Part shown: in pieces, positions 1 through 14,504 of the stretch
Position numbering within the stretch: the stretch's first letter is position 1
How the letters are laid out: every line of letters begins with the position of its first letter
From: Chrysomallon squamiferum
Lineage: Eukaryota; Animalia; Mollusca
DNA: 64,000 nucleotides
Assembly (NCBI GenBank): GCA_012295275.1
Contig: CM022674.1
Location: forward strand, 6,510,001 to 6,574,000
Direction of reading: 5' to 3'
Notes under the pieces: generated by a model
What the model was told of the DNA's origin: nothing
Databases searched by the model: none
The model's input: only the letters and a program-made list of their open reading frames with translations
Program-made: the position numbers and the translations under genes

Positions 1-60
1 TAATTTCGAATTTAAACTTTAGACCTCTGCCGTCTGCTTCACCTTCAGTTAACAACAATA

Positions 61-112
<52 letters not shown>

Positions 113-179
113 ACATTAATACATTTTCAAAAGTTGTTTATTAAAGGTTCTTCCTTTTCATCTAACTTGCATAACGAAC

Positions 180-290
180 AAAAAGGACCCCTGACCTCTG
201 GTCATTCATAAAAATAACACAAAATGTCTTGAACACTGGTCATAGTGACCTTATGTTTAAAAGGTCGTGACCTACAGAACGTCATTACTT
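180..290. promoter_or_regulatory. Candidate enhancer: nuclear-receptor element cluster
   Basis: DR1 GGACCCcTGACCT 185-197; ERE core GGTCAtagTGACC 238-250; IR0 AGGTCGTGACCT 262-273. Confidence 0.5.
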
Positions 291-762
291 ATCTGTCTTT
301 AAGGCTATAAAGATTTTAACTCTTAATTTTTATGTTAAAAGAAAAACGTCAAGCAGAGACATAAAACAAAAAAAGTGAATATATTAGATAATATATTAGC
401 AATGTTCATGGTAGTTGTAGAGAGAGAGAGGGAGGTAGAGAAAGGGGGGGGGAGAACGGAGTGAACCTGATTTTAAATTATTTTTGTAGCATTCCGAATT
501 CAGGTATTACCATGGTGACCTGTTTTGTTTCACGTGATAGTATGTTAATTAAGCTGCTATTTATAGCCGGGTTAAAAAAAATAATAATAATTAAAAAAGA
601 AATACACGTTTTTGGGGTTTTTTTTTTTTTTTTTTTTTCGTTTTTCATCCTGTTCTTTCTTCTTTCTTTTTCTTTAAAAAAAAAAAAAATTAAAATGATT
701 TTTTTTATTATTATTATTTTTATTTTATCTTATTTATTAACATGACATTTTATCAGTTACTT

Positions 763-803
<41 letters not shown>

Positions 804-1176
804 TTCTAATTATGTATAGTCATTCGGATATTTGGGCTGAAAATTCCTTTAAGTAATTTTTATTTTTAATTTTATTTTTTTAATTTTTTAATTTTTTTTT
901 TTTTCCCCGACGTAACATCCGTTTTAAAATTAGCGTGGTCTAGATGACCTGACCTAGATACATCAGAAACAATGGTGGACAAACTAAGCACGTTCTATGA
1001 GCAATACAGTTTTTACAATTACTTATATATTTATATATATCGCCAATAGTTGTCTTTTAATGTGTATATAATGACATGTTCATCTTGTACTGTATATATA
1101 TAATTTTCATATAAATGGTGTATGGATGCATGTAGATGTGTGTGAACGTGCGTTAATGAAGCCACACACACACACA

Positions 1177-1209
<33 letters not shown>

Positions 1210-1837
1210 CCTTTATCTACATATAACGTGTTATTATATAACAAATATAAATAATTAACCAGCAGATACATGTACTCGCAGCTCTGCAACTAAAAAGAAA
1301 AATAATAACTATCATTATCGCTTGTTCTACGTTCTAATCAACACATTTTCTTAGCTGTGTATTCACACAACTATAAACATGTTTACGAGAAACGTGCGCT
1401 GGCCACACCTATCTACGTTCTAGCCGTCGAACCATCGGTCCTGGGCTAGCGCTGAAAGTCCGGAACGTGCCGAGAAAGACCTTGATCTAGTTTTTAAAGC
1501 GGAGTACGGTGTTCATCTATTTTTACCCTTCGGCTGACGTGGTTGTCCGCAGATACATTTTCATCGATATTTACCGAATTCCGGTTAATGATATTTTTCG
1601 TTTTGTTTTTTTGTTGCGACGTTTTAAAAATTTAAGAGAAATACTAATGATAATGATAATAATAATAATAGTAATAGTAATGATCATAAATTTTTTTAAA
1701 ATAATTATGACATAAATTTCTTCCGGGTTGGGGATAATGTGTTAGTTTTTTTTTTTTAATGGTTTTGTGGGGGATTTTTTGTTTGTTTATTTATTTATAT
1801 AATTTAATTTAATTTAATTTATTAATTTTTATTGTTA

Positions 1838-1875
<38 letters not shown>

Positions 1876-2794
1876 TTTATTATAATAATGCTTGCTATAA
1901 TTTTGTTTTGTTTTAATGACATCTTGGAACCAGTGACACTTTTCTTTGTCTACGTTGACCACGTTTTCTTCTTTCTTTATTTCTTTATTTATTTACTTAT
2001 GTTTATTATTTTTATTATTATTATTATTATGTTTCTTCTTCTTCTTCTTCTTATTATTATTATTATTTTCTTCTTGTTCTTTATTTCTTCTCTTTTTTGG
2101 GGGGGGATAAATTCGAGAATGTTCATATTATCATCACCATAATGCTCATTTCTTGCTCATAGACAGAATAAAAAGACGAAGAATCGCAAAAAGCAAAATA
2201 ATAAATTAATATTCAGTCAATATATGTAATAAAATTTCATCGATTTATGTTTCAGGGAAAGAAAAACATCCTTAAAACATAACACGAAAATATAATTAAG
2301 TATTTCTTTTGTCGGTTATTAATTCATTTTTGTTTAATTGCTGTTATTTGCTTGTTTGTGATTTTATTTTATTTTATTTTATTTTATTTTATTTTTTTTA
2401 TTATCATTATTATTTATTTCCTTATTTATTTTTTTATTTATTCATTTAATTACTTTATTTATTTTTATCGATGACGCTCTTTCTTAATCATAATTATTTC
2501 TATTCCACCACACCCAGATAAAAAAAAAAAAAAAAAAATTAAAAATAAATTCTCGCACGTTCACATTCGTGGTCTGTCGTCTAGTGAATGTTATCGCCAT
2601 GCTGTGTTTGATTCATTCACTCACGTTCAGAAATTTGTGTTTACAATAAAAACTGTTAACTCACGTTTTCGTTAATAACTTTGTTTTTAGAATCTCTCTC
2701 TGAGAGTGTAGAGAGACTAGCACGTAATAAATAACTTAGTTAGTACATCCCTCTGTAGACAGACTCAGAAATAAATATACTCATAATAACGTAA

Positions 2795-2796
<2 letters not shown>

Positions 2797-2873
<77 letters not shown>

Positions 2874-2915
2874 TGAGTTTTGGATGGGCGATAAATACAC
2901 ATAATAATAGTTTTT

Positions 2916-2966
<51 letters not shown>

Positions 2967-3013
2967 ATATTTGTATGTGTGTTGAATGGGCGATATATAC
3001 ACATACCAGTTTT

Positions 3014-3080
<67 letters not shown>

Positions 3081-3100
3081 GTGTGTGTGTGTGTGTGTGT
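2797..3100. repeat. (CT)n/(GT)n composite tandem triplication
   Basis: atgggcgata.atacacata..agtttt(t)agtctctc repeated between three (CT)n tracts. Confidence 0.85.
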
Positions 3101-3457
3101 GGATAGACTGAAAGACAGATACATACACAAGTACATCTGTAAACTGTATAAACCATATTTACTCAGATAACATTCTATCAGCTGAACAGACAAGTTAATT
3201 AAAATCGAATCTTTCAAGTCGTTTGTCCTTCCGTGTATAAAGCTGTAAGATCTAAATATAGTAACAAAAGATTTTGGAATTTGTTCACGTTCGTGGGATT
3301 TCTCAGGAATTTCAAACACGATATGTAAAATATTTATTCAAAAGGGCGGCTCGGGTACTGTTAATGTTGGGTGAGTTAAAAATGTATATTGAAATAAATT
3401 ATGCTAGAACTGAACAAATATTGGCTGTTTTTGACGAGGGTATTATTATTATTTTTA

Positions 3458-3495
<38 letters not shown>

Positions 3496-3643
3496 TCTGT
3501 CTTTTTTATTTATCATCATAACTATTATTACTATTTATTGTTTTAATTTACATACTATTTATTATTATTATCATTATTATTGTTAATATTATTGTTGTTT
3601 TTATTATTACTCTTCTTCTTCGTCTTAGTATTATTATTATTTA

Positions 3644-3692
<49 letters not shown>

Positions 3693-3874
3693 TAGACAAA
3701 CAAAACGGATTTTTAACAGTGTCAATAAAGCTTATATTTAATCTAACCAAATTTAAATAAATTATAATTGTTCAAATATGTTTTTATGATTATTCAATTT
3801 CGAAATTTATTCCTCTCTATATTTGTAAATCCCTAAGAATTAATTTGTAGAACATTTCATTATTATTATTATTA

Positions 3875-3938
<64 letters not shown>

Positions 3939-6293
3939 ACAATTTTTCCTCAGTAACATATTTTTTTCAAAAATAATAATTTTATTCATTTGTTTGTTTA
4001 TGGTTATTTTAAATCGACAGAAATAATTAAATAAACGTTGTAACATAATCACAAAAAAAAAAATCAATAAATAAATTAATAAATTTAAAAAAAAAAAAAA
4101 AAACTTTAAAACATTAGGAAAAATAATATAAAATAAACAAATAGAAATATTTTAATTTCATTATTTCTCGAAATTTTACAGTACATGTTTATTTCTTGAT
4201 ATCGATACTTATTACCTTGATATCAAAGAAGGTCCACCGACTATATGGCATAACGGCCTACCATACATTCATATTTGTCTCGAAGTCACGTTTACTGACA
4301 TAGAACGTTGTTATTTTTGCTTTCACCCAAGTGCACCGACCAACGTTCTAGCTGAACTCCGGAGCGCACTGACCTTGGTGGAAATAAACAACACAACGAA
4401 TACTAAACTCCCGACAAACAAAGCAGACGGATGAAAAAGAAAAAGAGGAGGGAGACCAACCAATCCTGTGGAATGACTTATCAACTAGGATTCGTAAACA
4501 AGTGTCGATACAGTAAACACAATAGTCGAACGGATTTTTATTCACCAAGGTCGTGAATTAAAGCATCTGCGCAATTTGTATAGATAAAATTATTAAACAG
4601 AAAAAAAAAAAGAAAAAAAAAATGTGGGGAAAAAAATATATATATGCGGTATGCGCATGCACAGTAGACTCAAGGTCGCGTGCTAACGAGATCGCGAAAT
4701 GTAATATGTCATTTTGTTCAAGGTAATCGTTCCCGAAAATTAGTTAACAAATGTCGTCAGATTAGTTATTTATGGCCTAAAGCTGATCGGGTTAGTTTGA
4801 TTTTTTTTAAATTTTTTTAAAAATTTTATTTTTAAAATTTCTTTTGGGGGGGGGTTGTTCCCCCCCCGTTTTTTTCCGTTGTTTGATTAATGTTTTTGGA
4901 CTATAGTTACTCGAATATATTATCTGTATACTTCACATATCGAGGTTGTGTTAACGTAATAAATTATATTTGAAAATGGTATAATATATGTATATATGTA
5001 TAATTATCTCAACAAAAAAAAAATTAAATAAAAATTAAAAATTAAAAAAAGATTCGATTATAAAGGTCATGTTTCCATGACATGAAACATACTTAATCAA
5101 AAAAAAAAAAAAAAAAAAAAAAATGTATATAAAAAAGCAAAATGTCATTAAAATAAATTTAGTTTATATGCGTGTGAATATTTGACGCACATACATATAT
5201 TAACGTATCATTACATACGTTCAAAATGTCAGCCAAAAAAATAAAAAAAATAATGATAAATAATAAAACAAAAAATGCTGTGGACAAAATGTCGATATTC
5301 GAGTTATCTAAAAATGTCATAAGACGAAAGGTCAGTGGACAAAAATGTCAATGGTCAAAGTGTCAACAGCAAAATGTCAACGGATGAGGAGTCAGTGGAC
5401 AAGAATCACACCTCGGGTAAATAATTACCTAAAATATTTTTTAATAATATTTAATTTCAATTTAAATCACACAGTTTATATCTCTATCATTATTTTGTCA
5501 CCACATTTTGCCATTCGTTTCTTATATCATTCCAAATATAAAATTAAATAATAAATTAATTAATTAAAAGATCGTATGTTTAAAAGATCGATGATAAAAT
5601 CCTGCTGTTTTAATAAATAATTTAACGTCATCTCGGCGGCGAAATCGAATTATTGACTAAATAAAAAGCGATCAGTCAATATTTCTGCTTTGACCTATTT
5701 CATTTTATATTTTATATATATATATTTTTTTTTTTTTAAATTAATAAATTTATATATTGTAATGGGCCTTACACAGATGAAGGACTTCTGCTCTTTGAAT
5801 GTAGATTATATAGTATTTACACACCCAGACGCACATACACACAAAAGAATATTTAAACGCGTTTGTTGTACAACAACGTGTGTGCGTTGTGAAAACGATA
5901 TATTGAACGTGATTTGATTTGTCACCGTCTTACCGACTCGATTACCTACAAAAATTGACTGTATGTGTTCGGATGACCTTGGACAGTTCATTATGTACAT
6001 ATGATCACGTTTCAAACGTATCATGAACGGTACACACGAACCGATATACGCTTCGGTAGGTTTATAGGTAAACCGCCTACATAGCGCTACAGATTCTATT
6101 TAATGTGTACGTTTAACTGTATGTATGTGTGTGTGGAGAGAGAGAGGGTTAAAAAAAGAAAGGAGAGTGGAAAAAAAAGAGTTTATTACCTAAAGGGAAT
6201 GTACTTTCTAAACTGCAGGTGTGAATACATTACACTGATCTACAGTGCAGTAGGAGTGGTTTTGTCATAGTTATGTATGTTCGTTTTTTTGTT

Positions 6294-6334
<41 letters not shown>

Positions 6335-6465
6335 AGTGTCACGTAGTCCTGTGGGAACCCGGATCAGTTTAACGACGGCGGAAAGGTTGGACGCTCAAAA
6401 TAGAAATTAAATCATAACTGACTAATACACAAATGAATCACGAACTGCATAATCTTCGAATATGT

Positions 6466-6519
<54 letters not shown>

Positions 6520-6757
6520 AGATGTCGAAGAGGACGTCAGGTTTTATTTCTCATAATTTTATTGACTGTAAGAATAACTTTGAACAATTTTGTAATATTG
6601 GCCAAACAGATGTAAATTACTGGCTATCCCATTACGTATGAACTTTTCATGTACCTTTTTATTTCATTAAAATTATGCACGTCACTATTAAATGTTTCTC
6701 ATGTTCATCCTGGATAAGATTTTAGTTATTGTTTTATACTAAATAATAACCGCTTCA

Positions 6758-6788
<31 letters not shown>

Positions 6789-7505
6789 TATAATAAAAGA
6801 AGTTTCGTTTTCCTGTTTCTGTTCACGATCAGAAACAGACGTTCAAAGCGAATCGTACTCAATAAGTATGATTAACAACAAAACACGAGAGCAAGTCAGA
6901 AATAGGTTCTTGGCAAGCGCGCTTTTGAATTCATTAGACTGCGATAAATAAATTTCTTACATAATCTTTCCGGCCTGTAGCAAACAGCGAACATTGCAAA
7001 CCTCACACTAAACAGGTAGTTGGAACTGGCAAGTCACATATCAGCATGAAACTACAATATCTTTCTACACACTGACTTTGGAAGAATACCTCTCTGGGAG
7101 AATGGACCCTCGGGGCATTTACCCTTTTGTCCCCTTATAAATCTGGCCCTATGTGTGTGAGTTTTCTGAATCCCTTTATCCATTTATTTATTTGTCTATC
7201 ATAGCCTACTTCAATTGTCTTTTCTTCCCTGCACCTATTCATGTTGATTGATTGATTCAATGACTGATTAATTTTTGACGATACCTGCAGTCTGTTTGTG
7301 TTGCTAAGTGAATAAAATCATTATATTGTGACATTTAAATGTTTAAATTTTTTAAAGTCTGTTTTAACAGTCATTAATTTCCTACTAGATAAATAACGCT
7401 TTTATCTCACACAGACAGACAGACAGACACACACACACACACACACACACACACTTCATTGTTCCTAGTAAATTATTTGGAAATTTGTTAAAGGAAAACA
7501 ATATT

Positions 7506-7910
7506 TTTAAATATATTATTGTAATGAAATAACTTTGATTATTTATTTATTTATTTATTTATTTGTTTATGTTACATTTTTCATTACAAAGTATATATAT
7601 GCAGATAAATTTAAAAAAATATTATTGTAATGGAATAATTTTGATTATTTATTTATTTCTTTATTTTACCTTTTTCATTACAAAGTCAGTATATATGTAG
7701 ATAAATTTTAAAATATATTATTGTAATGAAATAACTTCGATTATTTATGTATTTATTTAGTTATTTATTTATTTATTTATGTTACATTTTTCATTACAAA
7801 GTCAGTATGTATGCAGATAAATTTTTAAAAATATTATTGTAATGGAATAACTTTGATTATTTAGTTATTTATTTTACATTTTTCTTTACAAAGTCAGTAT
7901 ATATGCAGAT
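7506..7910. repeat. Minisatellite, 4 copies of ~100-120 bp
   Basis: atattattgtaatg(a/g)aataa..tgatta...ttttcattacaaagtcagtatatatgcagata repeated. Confidence 0.9.
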
Positions 7911-8175
7911 AGAATCAGATGGATGCACGTATGATTACTCCATCATACACATAATAAGACAAATACATAAAAATAAACCATACACTTTAGATAAATAATG
8001 ACGATGACGATGAAAAACAGACACACAAAACAATTAAAAAAATATATATATTTTATTAAATAATAACTCAAAAACTTAATTTTTAACAAGTAAAAAAACA
8101 AGTTAAAATTATTCAAAATCAGTATAATTTATAGCATTTATAAAGAAGTAACATATATATATTAAACTATTTTAC

Positions 8176-8218
<43 letters not shown>

Positions 8219-8923
8219 TAGATATTTACAAGGCATTGTCGCAAACTCGTTATCTTTCCCAATCAGCCATCGAAGAGACCTTGACATTTTATACCGGTAA
8301 TTGGACACAGCAAAATATACAAATTACTTCGCCGTGAAATGTTGTTATCATAATCTAACTTATTAGCTATGAATGCGGTCTTGGAAAGCTCGTTCGCTAT
8401 TCGGTATAGAAATTAAATCAAAGAATTTTACAGAAGCTGTCGAAGATCAGTGACCGGATAACTAACTGTAACCTTGAAAGTGTTTGTCGTCTGATGTGAC
8501 CTTTTACCGCGCCCGCCACACGAACCAATTATTAGTAGCAGCCTCAGTGCAACGTTCTGTGTTATTGCGATATACAAAATAGTGCGGGCAGTAATAAAAT
8601 AAAATTACTACGGGGGGAGTTGATTTTCAAAAATGCATCAACTGTTTCGCATTGTTTGTGTATTTCGGAAATTAAAATAAATTGTAAGTACGTTCTATAA
8701 GACCCTTGTGTCGTTTTGTTTTGCACTTTTTTATTTGACACACACACACACACACACACATAAAATATATTAGAAACATGAAAACACTGCAGTATTAGTA
8801 AAATCGCTTCTCGATGAAATTAAAACAAATAAGATTTCCAAAAATAATTAAATTAAATTAAATCAAATTAAATAATACCAAAAATTCACTATTTATTTAT
8901 AATTTTTTTATTTTTTTTATTTT

Positions 8924-8960
<37 letters not shown>

Positions 8961-9249
8961 TCTATCAAACAAGATGCAAAAGAGTTCGTATGTATGCATG
9001 ATAGATAACGTGGGGTTTCAGTTTGTATGCACATATGCACAAAGGTAAGTAGTTACTCAGGTATTTAGTTAGCTCGGTAGGTATGCCACGTGCAGTCGAT
9101 CATGAATATTCTTCCAGTGGACTTGGATGGGGTGGGGGATCCACGGGATTATCGTGAACTTCTTTAATCTCGCGAGAACTCACGAGATGTGGCTGGCTTA
9201 TCCAGGCACTGACGATCAAACTGATTCAAGATAACAACAACAACAACAT

Positions 9250-9323
<74 letters not shown>

Positions 9324-10843
9324 TAAATTAAATGCTTACAAAATTATCTTGACTTCAATAAATGGATTTCGATCGAGTATATTTGGTGGAACCATAAAAT
9401 GGGCTAAATATATTTTTATAATATCAGAATTACTTTATTAGCTTTGTCTGTACCTTTTTGTGGTACAAACAGTATTAAGTCTAAATCCATTTTTGATTCT
9501 TTCGAAGTTAATGTTTATTTCCAACTGAACATTTTAGATATATAAACACTGCCAAATGAATTTATATTATATTATATTATATATTAGTTTATTTATCTAT
9601 ATCTGTCTATCTATCTATCTGTCTATCTTTATATCTGAATAAAAAATTAGGTACATTTAAGAACGGAATAAATGCAATTTTTGTTTCATATTACGAAATA
9701 TGACACTTTTCTATGATTACTGTTTGAATAGATATTATTGTTATTATTGTTGTTGTTGTTATTATTATTATTATTATTATTATGATCGCTTATGCATTTT
9801 ACCAGATGTACACTTTAAGGAGCAATCAGCGAAAATGCACATGAGCGTATGGTAGTGGAGCTGGTTACCAAGGACACCGTTCAATGTAAACAGGTTTCAT
9901 ATGGACTGCAAAGAGTTTTAATTAAACTCCAGTGGACACAGATTAAATATCATAATCATCTACCAGCACTGAAGTTCCCTGACCACGCGACACGTCAAGG
10001 TCACTTTGATTTGTGTTTTCTTCCAATAACATCCACCGCCATTAGATCGTCATTTTCAGCAGACGATTCCCCAGACAATCGTCCAATCACCTGATTTCCG
10101 GATCGTGACGAAGTTTGCCGGAAATTAAATTTTCCGTCGTCAAGTTTCGGCGCTGTACCAATCCATTACGACACTGCCAAGCAGTTGAGAAACCGATTCG
10201 CATTAATTTTATATATTCCTCAGTTCTCCCTCAAAATTAATGATGTTTATGAAACTAGATTCTTGAAACGGTTCAATAATATTCAATATTATTATCTATC
10301 TGTCTGTCTGTCTGTCTGTCTCTATTCTTGTTGTTTTTATTATTATTTTATATTTCATATTTTTTCAGCCGCTAGGATAGTTTGTTAAATAAACTTTTCA
10401 TGCCATCATATGAAATTATATAAACTTTACTGTATAATATGAATTATTATTTTTTTTTTTTTTTCTTAAAATATTTCATGTTTTTATTTATAATAATTTT
10501 CTGTTTACTTTTCCTTAGTTTTCTTTCTCTTCTCCCCTCTTCTTTCTTTCATCAAATCTGATTCAAAAAACAAATATATATAATAACACAAGAATATTGC
10601 GTTCTCTATCCTTCACTTGTTTCTGACGCTGCCCCCCCCCCCAAGACGGCCATGTTAATCCGCTTTTATGAGTAAGCATATCGAACAATACACAATCATA
10701 GGTCGCATTCTTGTCTCCATAGAAACCAGGGTCATTACAAAGAAATGATCGCAGATTTTTGGCGCCAAAAGTAAACGCTTATTATTTTCAGTTCAAAAGC
10801 GTTTTAAAAGCTTAGTGATATACTACTACTATACAACTTTTAA

Positions 10844-10882
<39 letters not shown>

Positions 10883-12042
10883 CTACCTCTTGTTTAAATT
10901 TGTTTAGTTGAGAATAAAATGAGATTTAAAAAAAAAAATAATAATAATACAAATAAATAAGAAACAAAACATAAAATGAAGAATGAGCATATTTACATCT
11001 TACAAAATAAACAACTACAAAAATAAAAATAATTTCTTTCTTTCTTTCTTCTGTTGAATATTTTTTCTTCTTTTATTTTAAAGATTTAAAAAAAAAAAAA
11101 AAAAAAAAAAAGTTCAACTCTTATATCCGTTTCAAGGTTTTCTCCAAGTCGTTGTAATTCATTCTACTTTAAAAACGCATAAAAGACCTTTTTCTTCTTC
11201 TTCTTTTTTTTTTTTTTTTTTTTTTTTTGATGTCAGACACAGACGTAACCGCCCATAATGTCAAATTAACTGAAACCTTTTTCGTTTGCTGTCGAGACGG
11301 GAATGGGATCCCGTTTCAGAAATTCGGCTCATTTCGGACATTTTCGTCAAAATCCGCGCCCGAGTTACGTCTGACTCACTAAAAGTGGCGTAGCATGTCC
11401 GCATTTCCCGCATTCCGGAACGACATTTATAAACACCGACTGAGAATAGCTTCATTGTCGATCCAGGCAAAGGCAAAACTGGGTCGCCCGTGTTTGCGCG
11501 TGACTAGAAATAAACTCTATCAACAGCCCGATGAAGGTCATTGTTTAAACGATACGCCCTTTGGTCATGACTCGAGCAGTGCCTTCTGCTTAAAGTTCTG
11601 CAGACGAACAGGTGACGTGAAAATGACGTCAGCTGATTTTTTAAAATGTACTCTAAAATGCCAGTGGGGAAATCTCCCAACTAGTCTATTCTTCTCTCGC
11701 CATTCACCTTTCTTCCTGCTCCCAGTAGCTTGTGGGGAAAACAGTAAGCAAACTTTAACTACGTTTTACTAGGATGATGTCAGCACAATTATAAATAACG
11801 CAGAGCATGCGAATTGTGAATGCTACACCCACAAATTATAATATCCCCCCCCGTATCTGTGACTTCAGAAGGTCGCGTGACGCGGTGGTCTGATTTTTAG
11901 GCCACTTTTATTTCATTGTTTTAAATTTTAAATTTTTTTATTTTGTTTCTATTCTTTTTTTTTTCTTCTTCGTTTCTACTTTTTTTTTTTTTTTTTTTTT
12001 TTTCTTTTCTTTTTAAATTTGTTATTTTAATTTTAGTGTGTG

Positions 12043-12088
<46 letters not shown>

Positions 12089-12903
12089 GACTAGAATTAA
12101 AAACATTAAATTAATTAAATACATTTAAAAAGACGACAGTAAGTAAATAAACAAACTTAAATCCCTTATGATACTTATTGCTCATTATACATAACAACTG
12201 CCATTCTGTCATCATCCTGCACGTGCACACACTCACACGTACACATTCCATCAGTGAAGAAAATAATGTTGACTATGATGATGACGATGAATAAACAAAT
12301 ATTTTTAGCTTTGCTTAATCATTACTGTCAATTACAAACTCCAAAAATTAAGGTTAAAAAAAATATATAAAAAATATAAAAAAAAAAAAAAAAAAAAGGA
12401 AGGAATAAGAAAGAAATGTCCCCCAGAAGGTCATATTATTCATACTCGCCCTCTGTCATCCTTTCCTTGAAAACATTAAATTTACAACTTATTTATTTAG
12501 CGAATCGAGCTTCCGTGTACTTTCCTTTGTTTAAAAATCGACGTGGTCGAAAACACGTTCAGTGGGAAAGTCAGGTTCTGTGAATGAAAGATTAACTCGT
12601 TTGTTTTACCGATCGATTCATGACGTTTGTAACATAAATGAAAACACAGTGTCTGTTTTTTTTGTTTTTGTTTAGATGCCCAGAAGTATTAGAACCAGGA
12701 AGAATGATTTAAAAAGTGAAGAAAAAAAGTAGAAAGGAAAAAGGATTTAGATAAAATAGGACTGAGCTATGTGTTTAGTGAAATATGACATCACGAAATG
12801 TAACAAAATGGAAGAAACATAATCCGAAATTTCTTGATAACCTGTTATTTCATTTAGAGGTTCCTACTATAAAACCTTTTTCATCATCATAATTATGTCC
12901 TCC

Positions 12904-12981
<78 letters not shown>

Positions 12982-13351
12982 GTTCACCAAAAATATAAGG
13001 TGAGATCATCAATCCATTTATAAAAATAAAATAACAAGTCACCATTTTGAAACCCTCATTTTAAACATTTTTTCGTAATTACGTCTTAAATCCGGAAAGA
13101 ACCGGGAAGTACTCATACCAGAATTAGCAACTGACTGATTTATGAAAAAAAAGAAGTAAAACATTATTCAAAAATTTCCTGGAAAACTTTAAATAGATAT
13201 TCAGTTCTGTTTTGTCACGTCATGGTTACCCCCCACGAAAAAAATAAGTCACGTTTCTAAATTAGTCTTTATTTCAGATACAAGAAAAAGTCTAAAATAA
13301 TTTTTTATTTATGGTTTTAGACCTTTCCATTTTCTTCAACATTTATAACAC

Positions 13352-13440
<89 letters not shown>

Positions 13441-13556
13441 GTTATTCAGGGATAACCTATTATTTCATTTAGCAGGTCCTACGATAAAACTTTTTATCTT
13501 TATCATTATCATTATTATCATCATTATATTAATATATTATTTTCCTGAGGTTTTCC

Positions 13557-13628
<72 letters not shown>

Positions 13629-14457
13629 ACACGTCATTCAGGGATAATGATAAACATAGAAAAAGAGATATTTTTAGCAAGGCACAGTTACAGTTCTGTA
13701 ATTCTTTGTCAAAAGTACGTTTTCCGAAATCCAGTCTCTTTGTAGCGCAGTTCCACACTGCGCGCATGCGTGCTTAACATAATGTAAAATGAGTACATGT
13801 GTTCCCAATCGAGCAGACGAATTCAGGCTAAAGGGCCAAAACTCTGACCGAGATTCAATGTCATCGAGCTAATCAATACTTGCACTATTTCCATCTCTCC
13901 CATTTCCCTTTCTTTTCTTTTTTTTTCTTTTTATTATTTCGTCAGTTCCTTCTTTTTAATTATTCGCTGTTGCTGATCTGTCATAATTTTCTTCTGTTTT
14001 CTATTTCATTTCATTTTCATTTATTTCATAGCTTTTTTTTTCTTCTTTTGTTTTATTCTTTATTATTATCTTCTTTCTTTTTTTTTAATTTATTTATTTA
14101 AATGCCTTCGCTAAACCTCAAGTCGATATAAATTCCAGAACTTTCTATTTCTAGCCTTGAAGAAAGACGAACGGGTCACCCAAACATGCAACAGTAACTT
14201 CGAGATATCGATCCACTTTGATGATGTCGCTATTTTTGGAGCTTCGCCAGACAGGCTAAAACGCGGCATTGTCCTGAAATGGTATGCTTTACGTCACAGT
14301 ATTATCTGCGTCAGAGAAAACTGGCCAATCACAGCTAATAATAGATCAAGGTGTCCCCAAGCGGTTCAATATGTTCCGCAAAGACATCGAGTGCAACAAC
14401 CTTATATGTGTGTTTTACTGCTGCTTTTTTTTTTTATCTCTGTTTTCTCTCTCTCTT

Positions 14458-14504
<47 letters not shown>

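Noticed and set aside
7095-7152. Possible Harbinger-like MITE end (taaatctggcccta)
   Set aside because: No matching opposite terminal repeat or target-site duplication found
9022-9050. Micro-exon ending AAG|GTAAGT on the plus strand
   Set aside because: Isolated consensus donor with a poor acceptor; expected by chance in 64 kb
11395-11772. 125-aa plus-strand ORF
   Set aside because: No recognisable domain or consistent splice partners; better explained as a GC-richer regulatory island
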